Positions 7,287 to 17,102 are shown, counted from the first letter of the stretch. The stretch is DNA of 64,000 bases from Candidatus Omnitrophota bacterium (GCA_026387175.1 JAPLME010000002.1:12780-76779); one strand, 5' to 3'. Notes: generated by a model from the sequence alone, not told the origin. Numbers and translations: made by a program.

Positions 7287-10200
7287 ATGATTACCTATAA
7301 GCATAGATATAACCTACTATTTAAAGCTATCGCAGCAGCTGTAGTGTTTCTATTTGTAGCTAATGACATAGCCTGGACTCAGCTTTCCAATTGTGACTCT
7401 TCGAAAAGTTCTACACTTGCCCCCCTTGCAGGTAATCCTCAAGTATATAGCGCAATGCGCCAGATGATGGAAGAAGAACGTGTTCTACACCGGGAAGACA
7501 TGGATGAGGTCATAGAACGGCACGCTAAGAATGCAAAGGATCTATTCGATGCTTCCTCTCTAGAAGATCTCAAGAAAGAGTTTATGGAGCGCATTGTTGA
7601 TTGCGGCGCTAATAACATGCTGTCAAGGCTAAAGGCAACACTAGCTTCCACGGGAGGACAGGTTCAGGTCATATTCGTGAAGAGTGAAGATGAGCTGCCG
7701 GTATTTGAAGGAAAGAAAGTGTGGGGGCATGCCGGCACTTCCGTTACAGCATTTGCATTAGAAAGCGAGAAGGATTCAAAAGAAGGAAGAAGAGAGATAA
7801 TCGCAAGGCTCTTTCACGAGATAAGGGCGAGATCGACCTTAGCCGGTGAATTCGCGAACCTTACTTTTGCCACCCATGTAAATGCCATTAATAGAATTCC
7901 GCCGGTTACGGAAGCGAAGCCCGTGCCGCAGGCTATCGATATTACTAAACCCCTCCTTGTAGTTTTTGATCTGCATGGAACCCTCCTTAAGCCGAGCTGG
8001 AAAGAAGCTCACGCCTTAGCCTATGCAAAAATAAAAGATGTAAGCCAGGAAGAAGCGCTCATATGGCTGGAGAACCTTCCGCTTAAGCGCCTAAGATATG
8101 AGTTCATACAATTACTTTCCCAGGCCACCGGTGTTTCGGAGGCCAAGGCGCGAGAATATCTGAAATGGGCCCAGAAACACTGCGCGAGGATAAAGACGCC
8201 TGAGGTTATGCCCGGAGCGTTGGAATTTATGGAGGCGTTATATAAAAAAGGCGTGCCTATGGTCATTATTAGCGGATCTAAGAGAGATGTTGTAATGGAT
8301 CAACTCAGAGAACGCGGGTTTCTCAAATTCATTCCTGCAGAGATGGTGGTCTCCAGGGATGATGTCGCGCTTTCCGCTCCTCGTGCTAAAAATGATTCAC
8401 GATTCCGTGAGGCCGCTATCGAAAGCTTAACATATAAATTTCAGGGTTACCGCCTCGCGCACTTTAATGACTGGGTCGGCGGCATCCGATCCGTGAAGAA
8501 GCGCGGGGGTATAGCCTTTGGCCTGCCACAGGGCGAAGGAGAGGAAAAGGATTTGAACAGCGCGGCTATGGAGAAAGAAGGCGCTGATTTAATGATAAAT
8601 GGATGGCATAACTGGAAGGAGATCCTGGCCGGTTTACAGATCAATGAGAAGTTACAAAAAGAAAATAGGCGAGTCCCGGTTTATCTTAAGAAGGCAAAGG
8701 AGCTGCAGCTTGTGCTTCCTGCCCGGCGGCCGGATAAGTTAACCCTATTTATCGATGTAAGCGATGACCTTAGAGAATTAACATATTATGAAGTGGAAGA
8801 TGACGACGGGGTGATGAGGTATGACGGCAGTATTGATTATGGCCGGCTTAAATTAAGAAAGATCTGCCGCTTACCTAGCTCTTATCTTATTTCTCCGGAA
8901 AGATACATGAATAAGCACCTTACCGGCGAGGCGAAGGCCAGTATTTACCGTGTCTGGCCTCAAGGTAAGCGCTATACGCGGTATCGTAATATCATTACCT
9001 CCTGGGACAAAGAGGTTGACAGAGATGTCTGGACGACAAATATCGATACTGTCTATCTGCACAAATGCATTGAAGATTCCGGACTTCTGGATTTCGGAGG
9101 TATCAGCCGCGCAATCGAAATAGGTACAGGCGGAGGGCATCTGTCTGTATTGCTTGCCTCCCGGATTCCCAACTTAAAAGAAATTATCATTACAGACATC
9201 AGCATGTACGCCCTAGAGGCAGCCAAGCGGGTTATCATGCCCTTCATGAATAAAGGCTTGCGCCTGCGGACCTATTTAGGCAAAGGTTTAGGCACGATAA
9301 GGGAGGCAAAAGCGGATCTGGTCGTTGTCAATCCGCCGTATATTCCCACCCCGCCATTTATACAAGGCCGGCACGTCGATCCTTACCGCGGCACCGGCCT
9401 GATCAGGGAAGTGCTGGAGAAAGGGATCTATAAACTCAATCCCAAAAATCCAAATGCCTGTATCGTTATGAATGTAAGTTCAATGGCGCAAAAACAATTT
9501 CAGGAATATACCCGGGAGTTCGGCGATAACCTTACGGTGGAGAAATTCGGCGAGCCGCTCAGGGTGCCTCTTAAAATCAGCGGTATCACCGATGAGTGGC
9601 GACAATGGCTGGTTAATGAGGGAGGATTGGAATATAGTCCGAATTGCGCGGAAGACGAAGAGCCGTATCATCACACGCTTCAGGCTTATATTATCAAGCC
9701 AAGATCGGGAGCGGTGAAGACCTGGGCGGTAAAAGAGAAGGATAAGATAGAGTCGAATATTTATACGGATACAGACGCAATGATCAGGCTATTCCGGCCG
9801 CTATTGAATCCGCAAGCCACCCCGGAAGAGAATGAATTAAAGTTAAGATTCCCCGAGATCTACGGCTATCTCCTGCTGCGCCCGGAGGAGATGAATTTTG
9901 ACGCCGCGCCGGCCCCACTCGCGCCGGAAAGAAATCTGACGTTTACCAATCATATCCTTAAGCGCGGGTTTGGCAGGAAATTACTTGGTTTAGAGAATGA
10001 GGATTTTGAACTATTTCAAAAGGGACTCGGGGTCCAGGAGGCAGAATTCACGCGCCTATGCCGGATCGTCAGCGCCCTAAAAGATACCGATATTCTTCCT
10101 TATATCCGCTGCGCATTTCTTTATCATGATGTGGCTAAGGCGCAGCTGCCGGAATTAAAGAAAGAGTGGGAAAAGCTTCCCGGAATCGATTTCCGTATTT

Positions 10201-12803
10201 CGAATAAGGCCTCGGCGATAATTTTGCGTAACTTGTCTTCTCGGGCAAGCCGGAGAAAGGGGCTGTTTGAAAATATCGATCTGTTTAACAAGCACCCACA
10301 CAATGAAATTTTAAATGAATTCTTCTATCGTATTATTGAGACCCGCGGTTTTGCCGGACAGCAAATAAGGGGGGAGCTTTCTTACGATGTGTTTGAGGAT
10401 TTCACCCGATGGATACGCGACAACTTTTCAGAACTTCAAACTGCGCTTGGGTTTGAAAATAGAGACGCTCAGGCATGCTCCGATGGGATAACAGATATAA
10501 TATATCTTTTCAATTTCATTGATGCGGCGAGTTTGCGCGAAGGCCTGATGACCACGCGGCTAAACGAGAAGTTCCGGGAATTCTTCGCTGATTTCCGGAA
10601 GGTGATCACACCTTCTGCCGGCAATTTACCGGTTAACTGGCGGAATATATTGTCCGACCGCTGGAATGACTTTAGGACGACCTATGACCAGCGCAATTAT
10701 TTGAAGGATCGCCTAGGCCGGTTCCGCCAGGAGAGGCGCGATCTGGGCGAGAATGAATCGGAATTAAATGAATTTATCGATTCGATGAGCCCCGAGGCAG
10801 TTAAAGTTTTGACGCGGGATCTACAGCATTTTCAGGGTTGGTATGTGGAGAGCGCAACCTTTGGACTGACCCCGGAGGCGATGCTGAAGATCGTAATGCT
10901 TTCCATTGTCCTGGCAAAGCGTAAAGGCGCGGATTTGACCCGGCCATTTCATGTTAATTTCTTTAATCTTATGCGCATGCTTTCATCCGACCGGCACGAT
11001 TTTGATTCTTACCGCATCCGGATGGTTGAAACATTAGTGCGCGACCTTGATCTCGACGATATCATCCTAAAACCGGAGGTTGCCGGCCGCTTAGATCTAG
11101 ACGCCGATGATCAGTCGCGAGCCCAGCCGTTATTGGGTGCCGTGAGCATGGCGGTTAACGGTACGAAGTCCATCTCTTTCGATTTCCATTTCAGCGAAGA
11201 GGCGGAACACCTCCTCCACCTGGTGCATAAATACGAAAAGAGCGATTCGGTGAAATTCCACCAGGTCTTAAAGTTGCTCCTGGACGCCTATGGTATCCGT
11301 AAAGATGAATTTGACCGTGTAAGCAATGAAGCCTCATATCTTAATACTATGGCCTTATCCAAAAATGACAAGACGCGCTTATTGCGTTACGGAAAAGGCC
11401 CAGTTTGGGTGGATATCGGACCGGCGGACGGGGTAACCCTGGAGATCGCCGAGATGATGAAAGAAGAGAAAGGCCTTGAGAATATCGTCGCGGTGGAAAA
11501 ATCGCAGGAAGCGATTAACGCCCTGCGAAGAAGAATAAAACTAAAGAGTCTCTCCGCCATGGCTTTAAAAGGGGATGCCCGCGATTTGACGGATATTTTG
11601 GAGAATGCCGGAATTAAGTCCTCGAATACTATCATTTTTTCCGCCGTGCTGCATGAGATTTTCAGTTACGCCGGTAAAGACGGCCGCAGTTTTAATATTG
11701 AGACGGTAAAAGATGTGTTGCGTGCCGCGCTGCGCTCTCTCGCGCCCGGCGGCCGGCTTTTAATCCGCGACGGGCTTATTCCCGAAGATGGCGAAGAGAC
11801 GCAGATCTTGGAGTTAAAAGGCAGGAACAATAAAGAGGTCTTTGACTATTATGTAAGGAACTTTGCCGGCAGGGACCTCTCCCGCGCGTATGAGGTAATC
11901 GACGAGGATACATCAGGCGAGATTTATCGCATTCGCATGAAACGCAAGGACGTGATGGAATTTCTCTTTACGCTTACCTGGTGCTATCGGCCGCAATTTA
12001 GCCCTGACAGCCTGCCATATGAGGTAAGGGAACAGTATGGTGTCTTAACGCGAAGCGGTTATATTAAACTTATTCAGGAACTTGCCCGCGAAGAGAATAT
12101 AGACATGCGCGAAGTCGAAATGCCGGAAGATGAACGAACCTATATTCAGCAGGGCTATGTCGATAACCTGAAAGGAATCGCCCGGCTGATGACGCTCGAT
12201 GGCAAGGAAGCCCCCTTGCCGCCCAGCAATATGATGATCGTTGTAGAAAAAACCGATAAGGCTATGCCGCCGCCGATCGCGTTTGAAAAAGAGTGGGAGG
12301 CGTCGCGGTTGGATGCCGGCCAATTCCTTTCGGCGCTGTCTCCTATACTTGGATTAGAAACGGTTATAGACCATAATAAACCGATATTTGTATTTTCGGA
12401 AAAAGTCGCGTTCGATAATAATCTGGTAAGATGTCTTCCGAAACTTGCGGAGAAAGATATAAAGGTAGCGGTAATAGTCAAGGCTGATAATTATAAGGCA
12501 AAGGCTTTGATAGACAAATTGAATGAGGGCAAGACTGAGGATAAAAAGATCCTCCAGGCCGACACAATTGATGGTATAAGAAAAGCGGCGGCAGACGCAA
12601 AGATCTCCGCGCCAAGATTTTATTATTTCAGGATAAAAGATAGCGAAGATCCGGCATTTGAAGGACGCAATATCACGATGTATGATTTGACGCCTGATAT
12701 GGTCAAAAGAATAATAGACGCTATCGGCACTGCTTGCGGCGTAGAAATTGAGAAACTCCCGCTCCTTCAAGAACTAGCGCATAAGTTTGCGGAAGCCGCA
12801 TAA
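7287..12803 (+). CDS. Giant 1838-aa multidomain protein with N-terminal hydrophobic anchor. Domains: HAD-like hydrolase (VVFDLHGTLL / ISGSKRD / FNDWVGG); gamma-class NPPY methyltransferase, HemK/PrmC-like (IEIGTGGGHLSVLL ... VVVNPPYIP); weak HD-like motif (AFLYHDVAK); second class-I SAM methyltransferase (VWVDIGPADGVTLEIAE ... IIFSAVLHEI ... LAPGGRLLIRD)
   Basis: Uninterrupted 5.5-kb ORF. Motifs read directly from the translation. Confidence 0.8.
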   Translation: MITYKHRYNLLFKAIAAAVVFLFVANDIAWTQLSNCDSSKSSTLAPLAGNPQVYSAMRQMMEEERVLHREDMDEVIERHAKNAKDLFDASSLEDLKKEFMERIVDCGANNMLSRLKATLASTGGQVQVIFVKSEDELPVFEGKKVWGHAGTSVTAFALESEKDSKEGRREIIARLFHEIRARSTLAGEFANLTFATHVNAINRIPPVTEAKPVPQAIDITKPLLVVFDLHGTLLKPSWKEAHALAYAKIKDVSQEEALIWLENLPLKRLRYEFIQLLSQATGVSEAKAREYLKWAQKHCARIKTPEVMPGALEFMEALYKKGVPMVIISGSKRDVVMDQLRERGFLKFIPAEMVVSRDDVALSAPRAKNDSRFREAAIESLTYKFQGYRLAHFNDWVGGIRSVKKRGGIAFGLPQGEGEEKDLNSAAMEKEGADLMINGWHNWKEILAGLQINEKLQKENRRVPVYLKKAKELQLVLPARRPDKLTLFIDVSDDLRELTYYEVEDDDGVMRYDGSIDYGRLKLRKICRLPSSYLISPERYMNKHLTGEAKASIYRVWPQGKRYTRYRNIITSWDKEVDRDVWTTNIDTVYLHKCIEDSGLLDFGGISRAIEIGTGGGHLSVLLASRIPNLKEIIITDISMYALEAAKRVIMPFMNKGLRLRTYLGKGLGTIREAKADLVVVNPPYIPTPPFIQGRHVDPYRGTGLIREVLEKGIYKLNPKNPNACIVMNVSSMAQKQFQEYTREFGDNLTVEKFGEPLRVPLKISGITDEWRQWLVNEGGLEYSPNCAEDEEPYHHTLQAYIIKPRSGAVKTWAVKEKDKIESNIYTDTDAMIRLFRPLLNPQATPEENELKLRFPEIYGYLLLRPEEMNFDAAPAPLAPERNLTFTNHILKRGFGRKLLGLENEDFELFQKGLGVQEAEFTRLCRIVSALKDTDILPYIRCAFLYHDVAKAQLPELKKEWEKLPGIDFRISNKASAIILRNLSSRASRRKGLFENIDLFNKHPHNEILNEFFYRIIETRGFAGQQIRGELSYDVFEDFTRWIRDNFSELQTALGFENRDAQACSDGITDIIYLFNFIDAASLREGLMTTRLNEKFREFFADFRKVITPSAGNLPVNWRNILSDRWNDFRTTYDQRNYLKDRLGRFRQERRDLGENESELNEFIDSMSPEAVKVLTRDLQHFQGWYVESATFGLTPEAMLKIVMLSIVLAKRKGADLTRPFHVNFFNLMRMLSSDRHDFDSYRIRMVETLVRDLDLDDIILKPEVAGRLDLDADDQSRAQPLLGAVSMAVNGTKSISFDFHFSEEAEHLLHLVHKYEKSDSVKFHQVLKLLLDAYGIRKDEFDRVSNEASYLNTMALSKNDKTRLLRYGKGPVWVDIGPADGVTLEIAEMMKEEKGLENIVAVEKSQEAINALRRRIKLKSLSAMALKGDARDLTDILENAGIKSSNTIIFSAVLHEIFSYAGKDGRSFNIETVKDVLRAALRSLAPGGRLLIRDGLIPEDGEETQILELKGRNNKEVFDYYVRNFAGRDLSRAYEVIDEDTSGEIYRIRMKRKDVMEFLFTLTWCYRPQFSPDSLPYEVREQYGVLTRSGYIKLIQELAREENIDMREVEMPEDERTYIQQGYVDNLKGIARLMTLDGKEAPLPPSNMMIVVEKTDKAMPPPIAFEKEWEASRLDAGQFLSALSPILGLETVIDHNKPIFVFSEKVAFDNNLVRCLPKLAEKDIKVAVIVKADNYKAKALIDKLNEGKTEDKKILQADTIDGIRKAAADAKISAPRFYYFRIKDSEDPAFEGRNITMYDLTPDMVKRIIDAIGTACGVEIEKLPLLQELAHKFAEAA

Positions 12804-12887
12804 TCTCCGGTCTTTAATCATCGGACGACAATTTATGTAATTTAGTTTTTTTGTTACATTTGCATAACATATAGGATGATGAGAGAA

Positions 12888-12983
12888 ACCGCAACCCGTG
12901 CTAAAGCGCGGGTTTTTTTATTGGAATTATTTTAAAATAGTTTGCAACAATTTTGGCACTTTTAGCGTCTTTATATGTAGGGG
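12888..12983 (+). repeat. Island repeat family 1, copy 4
   Basis: See 4858-4954. Confidence 0.85.
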
Positions 12984-13016
12984 ATGAAACGACTATATAT
13001 AAAAAAGGAGGCAAAT

Positions 13017-13520
13017 ATGAAGAATCTAATACCTCGGGAGGTTATTGAGAAGAAGATATATCTCATCAGAGGGCGAAATGTAATGCTGTCCAGTGATTTA
13101 GCAAATCTCTATGGCGTAGAAACAAAAAACCTGAATTTACAAGTTAAGAGAAACATAAAACGTTTTCCCAGGGATTTCATGTTTCAAGTGACTAAGGAAG
13201 AAAACTTGAGGTTGCAATTTGCAACCTCAAGTTATGGTGGACGCAGATATTTGCCATATGTATTTACGGAGCAGGGCATCGCGATGCTTTCAGGCATACT
13301 CAATAGCGAACGTGCTATCGAGGTGAATATAGCTATTATGCGGGCGTTTGTGCGATTGAGGGAGATTTTGCTGACACATAAGGACCTCGCCGATAAAATT
13401 GCAGCTCTTGAACTTAAGTATAAAAATCATGATCTGAGGCTTTCGGAATATGATAAGCACATAACGGCCATTTTTGATGCGATCCGACAGCTTATGGCAC
13501 CACCGTCAGAACTCCCTTAA
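13017..13520 (+). CDS. ORF6N/KilA-N domain protein (phage antirepressor-like DNA-binding domain)
   Basis: LQFATSSYGGRRYLPYVFTEQGIAMLSGIL ORF6N core. Start moved to ATG 13017, which has the AAAAAGGAGG SD. The track's start at 12984 lies inside the repeat. Confidence 0.8.
   Translation: MKNLIPREVIEKKIYLIRGRNVMLSSDLANLYGVETKNLNLQVKRNIKRFPRDFMFQVTKEENLRLQFATSSYGGRRYLPYVFTEQGIAMLSGILNSERAIEVNIAIMRAFVRLREILLTHKDLADKIAALELKYKNHDLRLSEYDKHITAIFDAIRQLMAPPSELP
13204..13230 (+). repeat. Perfect 13-1-13 palindrome CTTGAGGTTGCAA-T-TTGCAACCTCAAG inside the ORF6N coding sequence
   Basis: Second near-identical copy at 21930-21954. Confidence 0.7.
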
Positions 13521-13707
13521 TTCCACTACTCTTTGGGTTGTTTTTTGATATAATATGATACATAGACATGGCAATATTCTGGCCAAAGAAAGGTGATTAT
13601 GCGAATAATTGATGCCATATCATTAGGTATCGGTTCTTTCGGAGTCATTTAACTAAGATGAAGATAAGAAGCGGTGTTCTCGGAACCAAAAAGACGGCGG
13701 GCAATAT

Positions 13708-16620
13708 ATGAGCCGAAAGACGCCGCTCAGGACAGCCTTTTTAACCATTTCCATATTTCTCCTATGTTTTTCCGCCTGCGCCTACGAAGCCAAGACCCAC
13801 GGCAAGAGCGCGCGGTTGGCCTCAGAGCTTGTCCAGAGAACAGACTCCCTCAATATCTATAAAGAGCTTTACGACAGAGGTTACGCCAGCCAGATAATGG
13901 CGGGAGCCGAGGCAGGCGATTTCGGCAATGTCGACGGCAATAACCGTTCCTTCCGTCATTACTACGACCCCTACGCAAACACCTCCCAAAAAGGCCTCAA
14001 GTATTTCGATTATTATCAATTATGGGCCCATTTCGATGTCATAAAGAACCTTATCTGGCAGTCGCAGGGCAGGTGGATCGATGATATGGAGATCACGCCG
14101 CCCAAGAGCGGTTATTACGACGATGCGCTCGAGTGGGCCAGGAATAGCGCCGGCGCCGCCGATATGATGAACTGGGAAGGCGCGCTTCGCGTTTACGACT
14201 ATACGACGAGCTCGCGCGGCCAGGCCTATCGCAGGCTGGGCTATGTTTCGCATCTGGCGGCGGATATGGCGCAGCCGGACTACGTCTTTGGCTATCCCCA
14301 TCCGGGCTCGAGCTACCGCCGCGAGGAGGGAGGGAAAGTCTATTACGGCTTCGAAGCGCTGGTCGAGAATTACATCGACGATGTGGATTTTTCCGGGAAA
14401 GAGGTTAAGAAGCTCAGTTCTCTCGACGATTATTTTAACGAGATGGCGAGGGCCGCTAAGAGGACGGGCAGTCCCGCGCGTTACGTGCTTCCGCTGGGGC
14501 TTAAGACACAGACGCTTTCCGGCGCCAAGGATGTGGCCATTATCCCGGCGATAGACGACAGTAAACCGGGGGGACGTAAGAAATATCTGGATCTCGCCAG
14601 GGAACTTTTAGATCAAGCTGTCGAATATAATGCCGGCATACTGGAGCTATTTTACGATATCGTCAATCAGCCGCCTTATGTTGCGGACGTTACCGTTACC
14701 CAGAGCGGGGAAGGCCGCTATCATGGCTGGTATGAGGAGATGTATGACGATATCCGCGAACAGCTCGCGGGCGTGATCAATCCGGCGGTTTACAAGAGAG
14801 TATCCGCAAGGAGCCTGCGTAAAAAAGCCTCTCCGATAGATAGCGGCAAGAAAGCGCTTGTCCGCGTTACGTTCGGTCCGACTGAGGACATCGAAGAGCA
14901 TATCGATCCGGCGAGCGTTAAGGTCCTTGTCGGCGATATCGAGGTGCCAGGGGCCATGACCGGGCCGAGGACGTGGGAGGGCGAGTTCACTTATAATTTC
15001 GAATCCAAGGAGCCGGAGAAGACATTTCCCATAAAAATATCCGCCAAAGATATCCATAACCATTTTCCGCGCGCCGGCCTCTCCGCGCAAGGCTATGAAT
15101 TGGACTCGAATCCGGAAACACCGGCGAGGCTCTCCGGTTACGTGCCGCCCTATCCCTGGAAGGATTATGAGCCCGGGGCGGATGCTAACCATTCGATCGT
15201 GATACGGCAGATTGTCCCGCCTCCGATAGCGGAGTCGATAGAGGTATTTTCACAGGGCACATATTTTGTAAGATCGCGCTGGATAGCTCCCTCCGCGGCG
15301 GAAGCCCGAAAAGGCAAAGAGGCGCTCCTAGAAAAAGACTCTTCAGGCGTGAAGGACGGAGTGGAGCTCGGGAAGACCGACTCCGCGACGGTCAGGATCA
15401 CTTTTAGCCAGATAATGGACGATGGGACCCTGCGCCTTAAATTAGGCGGGGTCGATCTGCCGCTTTCCAAGACAGGTGAATTTACCTATGAAGCGATCAT
15501 CCCGCTGGAGGAATTTAACAGGCCCGGATCCGATCAGGCTTACAGATTTGAGATAACGGGTAAGGGGATATCGGGGCTTGAGCTTGACGCGCAGCCCGGG
15601 ACGGTCGCGGTCTTCAACGATAAAGCAAACCGTTGGATCGCCCTGGAATCCGGGCCGGATACGACGCATTCCCTGCGTATCTACGGGGAGTTCGGAAAGG
15701 CCGCACTTAAAGGCATCGTCCACGAGATGGAGCTCGTTTCTCCGTCCGGCCGCCCAGTGGCCGGCAAACCCCTCGCAGGATGGAACGTCGTCATATATGT
15801 CGGTTCGATAGAGGTCGATCAGTCTCTTTGCGAAGAGGCCCTGCGGCTCGCGCGTTTGGCGGGCATTGGGGAACATAAAGAAGACCCTAAGGCGTTAAAC
15901 CTCTTAAAGGATAAAGTGAAATCGTCGTGCCGCCTTCTTTACGGCACCATGCCGGGCTGGATCGTGAAGACCGACTCCGAAGGTAAATTTACGTTTCCTC
16001 TTTATAAGTATCCGGGGCTGGATGGAGTGATAGAGGCCTACTATACGTTCTTCGTATTTCCTCCCGATAATGTCGAAACCTACGATCCCCGTTCCATGGT
16101 TTCCGACACGCTGTCATGCGATATCTTTTTCCCGCGGGGCCGTTCGCGCAATTTAGACGACGTGTCTATCGAGATAGCGTTAACGGGAGAGAAGGGTGAT
16201 TATAAACAGTCGCCTGTTTTGAGCGTTTATGAGATAGGCGGGACGGTCTCCGGAGAGGAGATGGCCCCGCCGGTAAAAAACGGCTACACTACCGAAGTCC
16301 ATCTGATAAAACGCGGGCTCGATGAATCCAGGACCAAAGAGAGCGTAACTGCCTTAAGCGTCGATACGCATGACCGCCTTATCACAGGCGATCTCACCGA
16401 CCCGAAGAGCCATCAGCCGCCGTATAAGTTCAGGTTCAGCGAGAAGATCCCGGAGCACCTGGCGATCAACAGGTATGTGCGCATTTCCACCGGCAGCCTG
16501 GTGGTAAAGCCTGTAGGCGCGGGGCCTGTCTTATTCGAATTGAGCCCTAACGGGGACAGTAAAAAGTTCACGGACGAGGCCATAGATACATTGTGGAACA
16601 ATTTTACTGCGGGAAAATAA
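13708..16620 (+). CDS. large secreted protein or lipoprotein (970 aa), function unknown
   Basis: Signal peptide with LCFSAC lipobox-like site. Long ORF in the high-GC region. Confidence 0.7.
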   Translation: MSRKTPLRTAFLTISIFLLCFSACAYEAKTHGKSARLASELVQRTDSLNIYKELYDRGYASQIMAGAEAGDFGNVDGNNRSFRHYYDPYANTSQKGLKYFDYYQLWAHFDVIKNLIWQSQGRWIDDMEITPPKSGYYDDALEWARNSAGAADMMNWEGALRVYDYTTSSRGQAYRRLGYVSHLAADMAQPDYVFGYPHPGSSYRREEGGKVYYGFEALVENYIDDVDFSGKEVKKLSSLDDYFNEMARAAKRTGSPARYVLPLGLKTQTLSGAKDVAIIPAIDDSKPGGRKKYLDLARELLDQAVEYNAGILELFYDIVNQPPYVADVTVTQSGEGRYHGWYEEMYDDIREQLAGVINPAVYKRVSARSLRKKASPIDSGKKALVRVTFGPTEDIEEHIDPASVKVLVGDIEVPGAMTGPRTWEGEFTYNFESKEPEKTFPIKISAKDIHNHFPRAGLSAQGYELDSNPETPARLSGYVPPYPWKDYEPGADANHSIVIRQIVPPPIAESIEVFSQGTYFVRSRWIAPSAAEARKGKEALLEKDSSGVKDGVELGKTDSATVRITFSQIMDDGTLRLKLGGVDLPLSKTGEFTYEAIIPLEEFNRPGSDQAYRFEITGKGISGLELDAQPGTVAVFNDKANRWIALESGPDTTHSLRIYGEFGKAALKGIVHEMELVSPSGRPVAGKPLAGWNVVIYVGSIEVDQSLCEEALRLARLAGIGEHKEDPKALNLLKDKVKSSCRLLYGTMPGWIVKTDSEGKFTFPLYKYPGLDGVIEAYYTFFVFPPDNVETYDPRSMVSDTLSCDIFFPRGRSRNLDDVSIEIALTGEKGDYKQSPVLSVYEIGGTVSGEEMAPPVKNGYTTEVHLIKRGLDESRTKESVTALSVDTHDRLITGDLTDPKSHQPPYKFRFSEKIPEHLAINRYVRISTGSLVVKPVGAGPVLFELSPNGDSKKFTDEAIDTLWNNFTAGK

Positions 16621-16665
16621 GAATATGAAGAGATGGTCTGATGCCGTGACGAATATGTAATTGTT

Positions 16666-16694
16666 TTGCCTTGATGGCAAACATCCTGTATAAT
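16666..16694 (+). promoter_or_regulatory. Promoter with palindromic operator TTGCCTTGATGGCAA over the -35 box, 8 nt upstream of TGTATAAT
   Basis: Same architecture at 28329-28357. Confidence 0.55.
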
Positions 16695-16718
16695 ATTACT
16701 AAGGGATGGTGCGTGACC

Positions 16719-17102
16719 ATGAGTGAAAAGAAAAAAATATTAATTGTTGACGATGATATTGATTTTATGTTCCTTACTAAAAAGAAGCTTGAGTATGCAG
16801 GCTATGAAGTCTCCACTGCTGATAATGGCCGCATGTGTTTGAAGATGGCCTATCAGGCGAAACCCGACATTATACTATTAGATATAATGCTAGAGCATGA
16901 GGATGGATTTAATGTACGATCTCTTATCAGATCCGAATTGTCGTTCGCCAATATACCCATACTTTTCATAACCGCACATAAGGAATTAGAGCCGCTACTC
17001 AGGCTAAGACAGCAGTCTGTGCCAAGCCAGGAATTCATTTATAAGGGATGTTCTACGGGGGAGCTAATAAATAAGATCGAGTCGACCATGAATAAGAAGT
17101 AA
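16719..17102 (+). CDS. stand-alone receiver-domain response regulator (CheY-like)
   Basis: ILIVDDD...DIILLDIML motifs. Start set at ATG 16719; the track's TTG start lies inside the promoter. Confidence 0.8.
   Translation: MSEKKKILIVDDDIDFMFLTKKKLEYAGYEVSTADNGRMCLKMAYQAKPDIILLDIMLEHEDGFNVRSLIRSELSFANIPILFITAHKELEPLLRLRQQSVPSQEFIYKGCSTGELINKIESTMNKK

Noticed and set aside
14020-15876. Multiple minus-strand and alt-frame ORFs (for example 14647-15192, 15442-15876, 14243-14554) inside the 970-aa gene
   Set aside because: Arg/Pro-rich shadow ORFs typical of high-GC coding sequence. They are fully embedded in a long + strand gene.
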